Source of the DNA: an uncultured Chitinophagales bacterium
Lineage (GTDB): Bacteria > Bacteroidota > Rhodothermia > Balneolales > HLUCCA01
Assembly (NCBI GenBank): GCA_964509715.1
Contig: CAZDYD010000004.1
Location: forward strand, 952-64,951
Direction: 5' to 3'
DNA length: 64,000 bases
Under the pieces are notes generated by a model that worked only from the letters and a program-made list of their open reading frames with translations, had not been told where the DNA came from and did no database searches. Within the stretch, counting starts at the first letter, position 1. Every line of letters begins with the position of its first letter. The translations under genes were made by a program, and so were the position numbers. This document shows, piece by piece, positions 1 through 9,258 of the stretch.

Positions 1-1
1 A

Positions 2-832
2 ATCCAACTGTTTTCGGGCTCAGGTCTTCGGTTTGTACTTTGGATCCTAATGACCACCCTGGGTATTTACATGGTGGCCAGATATGCGGCCCGGGTTCAC
101 AGGGATCCCACAATATCTCCGTTGTACGGACATGAAGACCATCAACGAACAGCTGAAGAATCTGAGTCATTCGGCGAAGGTGGACAGCAGATTAATGCCG
201 GTCATATTACCATCCTGATCTTGTTTTTTGCGACCCTTGTTTTACTGATTTATGGCGTACTCAAGTGGGATTGGTACATACTTGAGTTGTCTACCTTGTT
301 CTTTGTATTGGGTATTTCAAGTGCCATCATTGGGCGGTTGTCGTCAAACGATGCAGTGGGATCGTTCGTCGGTGGGATGAAGGATGTACTCGGTGCGGTG
401 TTGGTCATTGCGTTGTCACGATCGATATTATTGCTCATCAGCGATGCCAATATCATCGACACGATTTTGTTCTACATGTCTTCGGGCATAGGTGGACTCC
501 ATCCGGTGTTTTCCGCTGAACTCATGCTTATGGTGCAGACATGTATAAATGTAATCGTGCCAAGTGGAAGTGGTCAGGCCGCATTGACTATCCCAATTAT
601 GGCTCCATTGGGGGATCTCGTCGGTATTACCCGACAGTCAGTGGTGTTGATATTTCAGCTGGGTGATGGTCTCACAAACATGATTATTCCTACATCTGGA
701 ATCACAATGGGCTGTCTGGGGATGGCTAAGATTCCCTGGGAGGTTTGGGCCAAGTGGCTACTTCCCCGCATGGTCGCATTATATGTTTTGGCGTTTGCTG
801 TGATCGCATTCGCTGTTTTAACTGGATATTGA
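2..832 (+). CDS. YfcC/DcuC-like family membrane transporter, 5'-truncated by window edge
   Basis: The frame is open from nt 2 (IQLFSGSGLRF...) into the listed ORF. Multiple TM segments; motifs VPSGSGQAALTIPIMAPLGD and QLGDGLTNMIIPTSG are typical of the YfcC family. Confidence 0.85.
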   Translation: MQLFSGSGLRFVLWILMTTLGIYMVARYAARVHRDPTISPLYGHEDHQRTAEESESFGEGGQQINAGHITILILFFATLVLLIYGVLKWDWYILELSTLFFVLGISSAIIGRLSSNDAVGSFVGGMKDVLGAVLVIALSRSILLLISDANIIDTILFYMSSGIGGLHPVFSAELMLMVQTCINVIVPSGSGQAALTIPIMAPLGDLVGITRQSVVLIFQLGDGLTNMIIPTSGITMGCLGMAKIPWEVWAKWLLPRMVALYVLAFAVIAFAVLTGY

Positions 833-839
833 TTTTATT

Positions 840-1940
840 ATGAAGGATATCATTTCACTTTTCAAAGAACTGGTACTGATTCAAGGCACTTCTCTGAAAG
901 AACACAACGTCGCGAATTTTGTACGTAACTATCTCACCGGGTTGCCATTTGATATTATTGAGGACAAAGCTGGAACTCGGTTGGGTGGCACTACTGGAAA
1001 TCTGATTATTGTTCCGAAGCACGTAGACCGTTCACAACCCGTTGAAGTATTCATGGCCCATATGGACACGGTAAGAGATACCTCAGTGATTAAAGTTGTG
1101 GAGTCAGATGGCAGGTTGCAATCGGATGGATCGTCACAATTAGGTGCTGATAACCGAGCTGGAATGGCAATCGTGCTTGACATGCTGTCCGAATGGGAGA
1201 GGTGGCAACAGTTGGGGATAAACTACATTGCCGTATTTTCGATTGCCGAGGAAATCGGACTTAAAGGTGCCGGTGAACTCGATCTCGAGGGATTTCATGT
1301 GAATGCCGTCTGGGTATTTGATAGTGCCAAGCGCCCCGGAGCATATATCAAGAAGTGCGTCGGGAATTATGATTTTACAGCCACATTCAAAGGGAAAGCG
1401 TCACACTCTGCCGTAAATCCGGAAGCCGGGATCAGCGCCATTATGGTCGCAGCCGATGCCCTTTCGAAGTTCAAGATCGGTAGGTTGGCAGACATGACAA
1501 CGGTGAATATCGGAACGATCAAGGGAGGGATGGCCACAAATGTTGTTGCTCCCGAGTGTGTGGTTCACGGTGAGATTCGCGCCGTCGATGAAACCGAAAT
1601 TCTTCGGTTGCTCGACGAGACCCGTACTCTATTCACAGAAGTTGCTCACGCCCATGGAGCACAATTGAACTTCGAAACGATGATGGATTTTGGTCCGTAT
1701 GATCATCCCGACGATTCTCCCATGGTTAGGCGCATCGAATCGGCGCTCACTGCCTCCGGACTCGAGGTCAAGCCCCTGAATTACACGGGTGGAAGCGATG
1801 CGAATGTGCTTAATTCCCGCGGATTTCCTGCAATAAACATCGGCATCGGAGCTCAGAATCCGCACGCTGACGATGAATTTATCCTGATCGAAGATCTTCT
1901 TGCAGGGTCCCGCATTATCCGAAATCTTATCCAACAATGA
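840..1940 (+). CDS. M20/M25/M40 family metallopeptidase (peptidase T-like, M20B)
   Basis: Motifs AHMDTV, LGADNRAG, AEEIGLKGA, GKASHS, GGSDAN and the C-terminal NPHADDE. Confidence 0.9.
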   Translation: MKDIISLFKELVLIQGTSLKEHNVANFVRNYLTGLPFDIIEDKAGTRLGGTTGNLIIVPKHVDRSQPVEVFMAHMDTVRDTSVIKVVESDGRLQSDGSSQLGADNRAGMAIVLDMLSEWERWQQLGINYIAVFSIAEEIGLKGAGELDLEGFHVNAVWVFDSAKRPGAYIKKCVGNYDFTATFKGKASHSAVNPEAGISAIMVAADALSKFKIGRLADMTTVNIGTIKGGMATNVVAPECVVHGEIRAVDETEILRLLDETRTLFTEVAHAHGAQLNFETMMDFGPYDHPDDSPMVRRIESALTASGLEVKPLNYTGGSDANVLNSRGFPAINIGIGAQNPHADDEFILIEDLLAGSRIIRNLIQQ

Positions 1941-2854
1941 AAAATCGTCCAATGAAAACATCCCATATCCTGTACATCGCCCTGTTTATGCTCATTACAG
2001 GAGCCTGTTCCGATACTTCTAATGAAAATGCATCCTCATCGGCCATACAGAATCCCGATGTGAAAGGGCATCTAATAATCGTAGGAGGTGGTCCTCGTCC
2101 CGAATCGATTATGTCGAAAATCGTCGAGCTGAGCAATGATGGTCATATCCTGATTATTCCCATGGCGTCTTCCATCCCTGACACTGTTGGATGGGAACAA
2201 CGGGATCAATTCAATGGGTACGGTGCGACATCAGTTGACATTCTAATGATGGATGAGGATGATAAGTTTGATTTGGATGTGGCAGAAAAAATTAGGGCAG
2301 CAGGTGGGATCTGGTTCAGTGGGGGAGACCAAAATCGATTGATGGAGTTTCTTGGTGATGGGATATTGATCGACGCCCTGTTTGAGGCCTATCGTAATGG
2401 TGCCGTCATTTCCGGGACCAGTGCTGGAGCAGCTGTCATGAGTAGAGTGATGATTACAGGCGATGAACGGAATCCGGATCGAAATCGCTCATTTGCGACC
2501 ATCCATCAGGATAATATCATCACAACCGGAGGAATCGGACTGGTAGATAATATGATCATCGATCAGCATTTTATTCGTAGAAGTCGTTTGAACAGGCTCA
2601 TAAGTGCACTACTTGATCATCCCGAATCAATGGCAGCTGGAATTGATGAAGCAACGGCACTATGGGTCAAACCAGGTGGTAATTATGAGGTCCTTGGCGA
2701 TAGTCAGATCATACTTCTTGAAGAAGGGAAGACCGGGCGACCTGCCGAGGCTGGATTGCAAAGTGCGGCGGACATACGTATGCATGTGCTTCCACCGACT
2801 AGTACCTTCAGTGTACGTAACGGAAAAGTGGTTCAGGTTAAACTTCCTGAGTGA
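1937..2854 (+). CDS. cphB: Cyanophycinase (peptidase S51), predicted lipoprotein; start may be 1952
   Basis: GHLIIVGGG, FSGGDQNRL, nucleophile motif GTSAGAAVMS, IDQHF..RSRLNRL, GIDEAT; lipobox LITGA-C. Confidence 0.88.
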   Translation: MKNRPMKTSHILYIALFMLITGACSDTSNENASSSAIQNPDVKGHLIIVGGGPRPESIMSKIVELSNDGHILIIPMASSIPDTVGWEQRDQFNGYGATSVDILMMDEDDKFDLDVAEKIRAAGGIWFSGGDQNRLMEFLGDGILIDALFEAYRNGAVISGTSAGAAVMSRVMITGDERNPDRNRSFATIHQDNIITTGGIGLVDNMIIDQHFIRRSRLNRLISALLDHPESMAAGIDEATALWVKPGGNYEVLGDSQIILLEEGKTGRPAEAGLQSAADIRMHVLPPTSTFSVRNGKVVQVKLPE

Positions 2855-2952
2855 AATCTGTCCTTTTAGGGCTGAAGTAAAAGTAAACTAAGGTGTTTTC
2901 GGAGATATGTCAGCTTTTGGCTATGCTGTAACGCTCCTAAATAGACCGCTAA

Positions 2953-3462
2953 TTATCTGCCAAAGTCATCTGATACACGTACGATATCCTCCTCGTCGGA
3001 TGGATTCAACGCATCGGTATGTTTCCAAATCTCGGCAATAATCCCCCAGGAATCGGTACCGATCAGACGGTGCCTTTGTCCCTGTTCCAGACTGACAACA
3101 TCATTCAATTTCAGCAGACTATGTCCGGTTTCGATGTCGGAATCGCTCACCGAGATGGCAGCTTCACCGCCAATGACTTTCCAAATTTCAGAACGTCTAT
3201 GATGATATTGCCAGGAAAGGCGTTTTTCGGGGGCTACCAGTAACACTTTGGGACTCAGCTTTGGAAAACCACGAAAATCTTCCACATTCAAATGCGGGAA
3301 AAAAGTTTTAATGAACTTTGGAGCCTGAGCTTCATCTATTACAAAATATCCACCCCAGGGTCGTTGATTATCCATATCGGCAATATAAAATCCATCGTTT
3401 TCCAGAAACTTTTCAACAGCATTAAAAACATCGGATTTTGGTATGTCGGCTGAGAATTTCAT
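2953..3462 (-). CDS. Cupin, mannose-6-phosphate isomerase type II C-terminal-like protein
   Basis: RPWGG, RLSWQYHHRRSEIWKV, RHRLIG, DIVRVSDDFGR. Confidence 0.85.
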   Translation of the reverse strand: MKFSADIPKSDVFNAVEKFLENDGFYIADMDNQRPWGGYFVIDEAQAPKFIKTFFPHLNVEDFRGFPKLSPKVLLVAPEKRLSWQYHHRRSEIWKVIGGEAAISVSDSDIETGHSLLKLNDVVSLEQGQRHRLIGTDSWGIIAEIWKHTDALNPSDEEDIVRVSDDFGR

Positions 3463-3552
3463 ACGTATTTTTTAAATGGCAACATAAACGTGAGTTGGAC
3501 TTCAGGTAGAAGGTATGCCAAATATCGCAAGATGCCTCAACCTATTCAACAT

Positions 3553-3583
3553 AAAAAAGGGAAGAGATGTCAATCCCTTCCCT
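3553..3583 (-). terminator. Intrinsic terminator downstream of the 3672..5000 lipoprotein gene
   Basis: Minus strand reads AGGGAAG...CTTCCCT followed by TTTTT. Confidence 0.75.
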
Positions 3584-3671
3584 CTTTGTCGGTTCAGAAC
3601 CAGGCATGTATTCGGTGTCCTACCTGGCTCTGTTTTGGGTCATGGTTTGTGTCAGAGAATTCTTGAACAGA

Positions 3672-5000
3672 TTAATAGTTCAGTAACACCAGAACTGAAG
3701 TAGCTGCATCCACTTTGGCCTCTGTGCCACTTTGAATTCGAGTTCTGGTCAATTCGCGCACGGCGTTTGTAAACGTGATGTATGCGGAGGTTACCAACTG
3801 GGTATCGACCGAGGTGCTTACGGCAGCATTAAATACCGTTGATGCGCCTGCGATTCCATTTATTTCACTATTCAAAGTGATGATGACCCCAGCTTCAACA
3901 GAGGCATCACTTTCAATCGCAGATTTTACCTCAGATTTCCAAGTATCGAACGCACTGCGGATGTCAGCAACGGTGCTTGATTGTGACGCGATGGTGACAC
4001 GCAATTTCACGCCGGACTGCTGGATTGACTGGATCGTTGCCGATGAAAGACCTGCAGTTTGAGCCTGTGCTCGCACCACTTTGTCCAATACCAGAGCTTT
4101 ATACAATGAAAGTCTCACATGGATTCGGTTCCGTACCTCTGAAGAACTGGATTGTAGTCCATTGGTAGTCATTCTGACCCAGAGATCTACAAGGGTTGCA
4201 GCATCTGCTGTCGATAATCCGGATTCCACATAAGCATTGAAATGTGCATCCATCATTGCCTCTAAAGCGGCCTCGCGAGATTCAACAGAAGCATTCGATG
4301 CAACTCTGCTCTCGAACTCAACCTGGGCTTTTGCCTGTAGGGACATAGCCTGCTCCAGACGTGCATTTGCATTAGACTGTATCTTAGAACTGTAGTAACG
4401 TGACCGTGCCTCAGCAGCCTTAGCCATTGCAGCGGCAATATTCACAGCAGCACTGGGATTTGCATTGATACTTGCAGCTGCACGAGAGTCTACAGCCAGT
4501 TCAATGTCCGATTTCGTCACCGTATTGGCCTTGCCGGACTTCACCAGTTGCATATAAACATGTGCCTCGGCATTCGATTCTGCATTGATCGGTTTCATAG
4601 AATATCGTTTACCATTTTCGACACCCTTACCGATGAATCCATATAATCGTTGACCAGAATTCTCAGCTACGATCACCACACGTTGTGCCGCTTGGACATC
4701 AACGGCGATTTCAAAACGACCCTGATCATCTGTCTGGGTCTGTGTTTGCTCAATTTTTTCGATCTCACCATCATCTCTCACACTTGCAGCATACACATCA
4801 GACTTGGTTTCTTCATTCGAAATAAAGTCATTCGTATGCTCTTTACTATCCGATGCAGAGGAACTAACCTGGTCGAATTGCACCGATCCTCTTATTACTG
4901 CTTCATTCCTGTTATCGGAATTATTATCGGAACAGGCCAAAGTAAAAAGGACGATTCCGAAAGCGATAACATAATTGCGGATGTTTATTCGATTTTCCAT
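3672..5000 (-). CDS. Hypothetical lipoprotein (beta-rich N-terminal domain, Ala/Ser-rich helical C-terminal region)
   Basis: 442-aa ORF with lipobox FTLA-C; no catalytic motif recognised. Confidence 0.85.
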   Translation of the reverse strand: MENRINIRNYVIAFGIVLFTLACSDNNSDNRNEAVIRGSVQFDQVSSSASDSKEHTNDFISNEETKSDVYAASVRDDGEIEKIEQTQTQTDDQGRFEIAVDVQAAQRVVIVAENSGQRLYGFIGKGVENGKRYSMKPINAESNAEAHVYMQLVKSGKANTVTKSDIELAVDSRAAASINANPSAAVNIAAAMAKAAEARSRYYSSKIQSNANARLEQAMSLQAKAQVEFESRVASNASVESREAALEAMMDAHFNAYVESGLSTADAATLVDLWVRMTTNGLQSSSSEVRNRIHVRLSLYKALVLDKVVRAQAQTAGLSSATIQSIQQSGVKLRVTIASQSSTVADIRSAFDTWKSEVKSAIESDASVEAGVIITLNSEINGIAGASTVFNAAVSTSVDTQLVTSAYITFTNAVRELTRTRIQSGTEAKVDAATSVLVLLNY

Positions 5001-5433
5001 ATGAGTATTTTTTGATGCTTGATTTACAGGAGTTTTTTCAACTCCCGGTCGGGCCGCTGGATGCTGCTTGATAGCTATCCCCGGAGTGATCCCGACCTGT
5101 GTTTCCTGGATAATTTTTGAACCTTCAGTGGTTATACAATCAACCTATATGGGTACCCCTAATGGCTCTTGATTTCAAAACACTATTGAATAAAACGGGT
5201 GAAAAATCTGATGTATTGCCTTTGTTGGGTATTGTGGCTCAATGAGATAATTTTATTTGGCGCCCATTAACGGGGATGAAACTTTTTTATTGTTGGTCCA
5301 CAAAGCGTCATATCCCCACTGTTTTCAGAGGTATACTTTGCATGAAGAGAGGAGATATTATTTTTTTCAATTTTATTTGTAACGAATAGGCACTCAAATA
5401 CTCTAATACTAAAAAAGAGTTGGAGTTGGGACG

Positions 5434-5841
5434 ATGTCTATGGGACAAACTTTTCTTACTGTCGGTGCTCTGGCCATTTTTGGTTATCTGGCCTTAAATG
5501 TGAACAGGATGAATTTGGATGCTCTGGTTTTTTCGATTGAGCAGCAAAGGGACCTGGATGCTATTCATGTGGGACAATCACTCACAGATCGCCTGTATTC
5601 CATTCCATATCCACTAATTGATCTTCATTATGCAGCTTTGAACGATGTCACATCGGCATCAGCAAGAATGCAGCACATTACCACTATAGGCGACACGCTC
5701 TACACGACGTTTCAGATCTCCAATACATCGAATGTATTCAATGGACTGAGTGGAAAAGTGATTCGGATTCATGTATTCCGCCGGATCAATGACGAATTTG
5801 AACAAAGAGCCGGATTCATACTCACCCGACCACAACCGTAA
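5434..5841 (+). CDS. Pilin/pseudopilin-like protein (N-terminal hydrophobic helix)
   Basis: MSMGQTFLTVGALAIFGYLALNVNR followed by an amphipathic helix and short beta strands. Confidence 0.6.
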   Translation: MSMGQTFLTVGALAIFGYLALNVNRMNLDALVFSIEQQRDLDAIHVGQSLTDRLYSIPYPLIDLHYAALNDVTSASARMQHITTIGDTLYTTFQISNTSNVFNGLSGKVIRIHVFRRINDEFEQRAGFILTRPQP

Positions 5842-5851
5842 CAAACTTAGC

Positions 5852-6337
5852 ATGAATATTCAATTGGATCTGATTGTCCCGCCCATAATCGTAGGTATCC
5901 TGATATTGTTACTCTTTAATGTTTATTCCGGGATGATGGATTCTCAGGTGAGCTCCCGCATCTATTATGATCTTCAGGGCAAAGCGAACTCTACTCTGAT
6001 AGTACTTCAGGAAGAGTTCAGAGAGATACATGAAATCAAGGTATTGGGAACCAATGAAATTAGGTATATAAGCACGACCAGGGACTCTGTCCATATTTAT
6101 TTGGAGGACATGGACCTGGTTGTTAAAAAATATCGAATCAATACACCATTAATTGACACCGTGATGTATCCATTGCAACTGGAAGTGCTCTCATTTTCAA
6201 CAATCGATACACTACCGGGGGTTATTCGAGTAAATGTTGGAACGGCAAGTCGACCAGAACATGAGGTCGGTAATAAGCCCGATCGATTCAGAGCATTTGC
6301 GCAGAAAGATATATTTCTGATGAATCTGAACCCTTAA
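5852..6337 (+). CDS. Pilin/pseudopilin-like protein (PilW/PulJ-like position); start taken at ATG 5852
   Basis: MNIQLDLIVPPIIVGILILLLFNVY, then a helix and a beta-rich domain. ATG 5852 lies 10 nt after the upstream stop. Confidence 0.6.
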   Translation: MNIQLDLIVPPIIVGILILLLFNVYSGMMDSQVSSRIYYDLQGKANSTLIVLQEEFREIHEIKVLGTNEIRYISTTRDSVHIYLEDMDLVVKKYRINTPLIDTVMYPLQLEVLSFSTIDTLPGVIRVNVGTASRPEHEVGNKPDRFRAFAQKDIFLMNLNP

Positions 6338-6341
6338 ATCA

Positions 6342-7661
6342 ATGGGAAGATACGCAATAATCATTGTCATGGCCCTGTCTTTTGCCATCCTGCTTTTTGG
6401 TCAGGGAAACAGGACCGTGCGATTTGCATCCGGTCAGACGGTCGTGGAGACTCATGCTATTCAACAATCCAAGAATATTGCGCAAAGTGCCGCTTTGTAT
6501 TTGATTCAAGAGTTGACTGATGAAGATAATGAAGATATGATTCCACAGGCGGATCAATCAGTTTCTGTACCACAAGGTGCTGGAACTTTTCTGGACTGGC
6601 CAGTAATGGAGGGTGCATATCGGTACAATTTAGTAAATCAGGATGATAGTCTTGTGATTCTAACAACGGTTGGTCGTTATAATGATCAAACATATGCGCT
6701 CGAAGCCTGGTTTGATTACACAGCTGCATCCTGGGACCCTGACCTGTCGAAAGCTGTTTTTTCACATGCAGGAATAGAGCTGGAAGGAAGTGCCCGTATA
6801 CGAGGACATGCGGGTACCAATGCAACCTCATTTCAGTCCGTCAAGTTGGCATGGTCAACAAAAATTGACAGCAGTCTTGTTATAGGTCCAGGTGGAGACA
6901 TCAGCACAACTGTGCAACAAAGTAATTTTCAACAGGGAAATGTCGGACTCGAAATTGGTAATGTTCCGGCCCCGGTCAATTATCCCTTGCCGGAATTTCC
7001 GGAGTTTCCATCCAAAACACTACTCGGACACGAATTGATAGTAACGGGTGGTACCGATCCACCCATGCTTACCCCAGCTGATTACGATGGATATTTCATT
7101 CCCACACTAAGAATACTGGGCAATAGGACGGTAACTATATTTGTAGGAGATACCGATAGAACATTGCACGTCGGGAATTTGGATGTGCAACAAGGTCACA
7201 TCAACATTATTGGTAATGGTCAGCTCACCATCTATGCCGAAGACAACATCACGTTGGCAGGTAGCAGTACGATCAACAATACACGTACCTCCGACAAAAT
7301 GTTCACATACTATAAAGGCTCGAACGCAATCAATTTTGGTGGATCAACTACCTGGCGTGGAGGGATGTATGCCGAATCGGCAAACGTCCATATTGGAGGA
7401 TCTGGTGGTATAACCGGGAATATCATCACTGGAGGAAGTAGTGTCACGGTTACAGGTAACGCAGAAGCCCACTCTCGCGTTATATACGCACCGAATGCAC
7501 ATGTTGAACTATCCGGATCTGGTCGTGTAAGAGGTGCTGTTGTTGCCGGACATTTCAAAGCCACAGGGGCAACTTATGTACAATTCACCGACAATCTTAG
7601 TGATAGCTTTCCCGATTTCAGCGGCGATGGACGTACATTGACGTTTCGATTTTGGAGATAA
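6342..7661 (+). CDS. PilX-like protein with C-terminal beta-solenoid (DUF7305-like)
   Basis: N-terminal TM helix plus A.NIAQSAA helix as in PilX N-termini; the C-terminal half carries repeated (I/V)x(L/I)xGSxx(I/V)xG turns. Confidence 0.65.
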   Translation: MGRYAIIIVMALSFAILLFGQGNRTVRFASGQTVVETHAIQQSKNIAQSAALYLIQELTDEDNEDMIPQADQSVSVPQGAGTFLDWPVMEGAYRYNLVNQDDSLVILTTVGRYNDQTYALEAWFDYTAASWDPDLSKAVFSHAGIELEGSARIRGHAGTNATSFQSVKLAWSTKIDSSLVIGPGGDISTTVQQSNFQQGNVGLEIGNVPAPVNYPLPEFPEFPSKTLLGHELIVTGGTDPPMLTPADYDGYFIPTLRILGNRTVTIFVGDTDRTLHVGNLDVQQGHINIIGNGQLTIYAEDNITLAGSSTINNTRTSDKMFTYYKGSNAINFGGSTTWRGGMYAESANVHIGGSGGITGNIITGGSSVTVTGNAEAHSRVIYAPNAHVELSGSGRVRGAVVAGHFKATGATYVQFTDNLSDSFPDFSGDGRTLTFRFWR

Positions 7662-7854
7662 TTGGAATTTGAGTACTGTTTATCGGGCATCTTATCAAAA
7701 AACGACATTACTGTTGTATAACTAATTCCATATATTCTGGTAGTGCCTTATTTTTATGTTATTTGATTTGACAATATCTTACCATACTGTGTTCAATTGT
7801 TAGTATCGAACCTCATTGGGCCACATTGATTTAAATCTCAAAATGGCATGAGTT

Positions 7855-9249
7855 ATGAGTCGTTTTCTTAAATACAATCTCGTATTTATCTTCATTGGGG
7901 TTTCAATACTGTTTCTGTCAGTTACTTCCGTGCTTGATTTCTATGGTGAAAAACTCAGAAAAGAATACACAGAATTATCATTTCTTGCCTCTGATTTGAT
8001 CCAATCATTGAACCGAATTGAGCGTAATCTTGTCAATATGGAGACGGGTCAGCGAGGATACATCATTACAGGCGACAAAGAGTTTTTACAACCATATACC
8101 AAATCTTCATCTGTAATTGAATCCGAATTTTTCAAATTCAAAGAACTGGCCTCCCGAACAGGTATTATTTCAGATTCAGCGGTCACTTCGCTGTATCAAT
8201 TAGTGAATCAACGGATATTGATTTTGGATGATATTCTGGAACTTAACAGAATAAATGGCTACGAAGCCGCAAGTGCAAGAATAGCCACAGGTGATGGGAA
8301 AAGAATCATGGATGAGGTTCGGAGCCGATTGAACTATTTCACCGAACTTGAAATAGAATTACTTCGAACAAGGTCTGATGAATTGGATACGATCAATTTG
8401 TATTTTCAGATTTTGACCCAGTCAGGCATATTTTTTTCGATCGCAATAATAGTGGTATCGGCCGTGATGATCCGCAGGAGGGCCAAGCACAACCTTGAGC
8501 TTGGAGCCAGGATATCAAGCATCAACTTTGAGTTGTCCAGAGCAGCCGAAAATATCAAAACCAAAAACCATTACATAAGCATGGCTGCCCATGATCTTCG
8601 AAATCCATTGGGCGCTGTAATGGGGTATAGTGAGATTTTGTTGGAAGATGAAGAGGTGTTAAGTACTGATCATAAAGAATATGTAAATGTCATAAGTCAA
8701 ACTGCGCAACATGCTTTACGTATTGTTCAGGATATGCTTGAAATCCAAAAAATTGATGAAGGAGCACTCGCACACAATTTAGAGCTATTTAACGTCAGCA
8801 AAACAATTGACAACATTCTGTACATGCATTCGGATCACACACGCAGAAAAAACATTCTCGTGGAGGTTGATGTCCTATCTAATCAGGACGTATTTTCAGA
8901 CAAGACCGTATTTATACAGACACTCGACAATCTCTTGTCCAATGCGATCAAGTTCAGTCCACACGGAACAAAAATTCAAATCATAGTAAATAATCTGGAA
9001 AATCATTTGGTGATGGAAGTGATCGATCAGGGGCAGGGAATTAAGGAGTCCGAAATCCCAATGCTCTTTGAAAGATTTCAGAAACTTAGCTCACGCCCAA
9101 CTGACGGAGAAAGTTCTACCGGCTTGGGACTTTCTATTGTTTATGATCGGCTAAAACAAATCAATGGGGATATCCAATGTTTGAGTGAATTTGGTCATGG
9201 TACGACATTTGTGGTCAGGATCCCACTTGAACATCAACCGCAAGCATAG
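7855..9249 (+). CDS. CHASE3-domain sensor histidine kinase
   Basis: METGQRGYIITGDKEFLQPY (CHASE3); H-box AHDLRNPL; N-box NLLSNAIKFS; G-boxes DQGQGI and GLGLSIV. Confidence 0.92.
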   Translation: MSRFLKYNLVFIFIGVSILFLSVTSVLDFYGEKLRKEYTELSFLASDLIQSLNRIERNLVNMETGQRGYIITGDKEFLQPYTKSSSVIESEFFKFKELASRTGIISDSAVTSLYQLVNQRILILDDILELNRINGYEAASARIATGDGKRIMDEVRSRLNYFTELEIELLRTRSDELDTINLYFQILTQSGIFFSIAIIVVSAVMIRRRAKHNLELGARISSINFELSRAAENIKTKNHYISMAAHDLRNPLGAVMGYSEILLEDEEVLSTDHKEYVNVISQTAQHALRIVQDMLEIQKIDEGALAHNLELFNVSKTIDNILYMHSDHTRRKNILVEVDVLSNQDVFSDKTVFIQTLDNLLSNAIKFSPHGTKIQIIVNNLENHLVMEVIDQGQGIKESEIPMLFERFQKLSSRPTDGESSTGLGLSIVYDRLKQINGDIQCLSEFGHGTTFVVRIPLEHQPQA

Positions 9250-9258
9250 TATGTTGAA

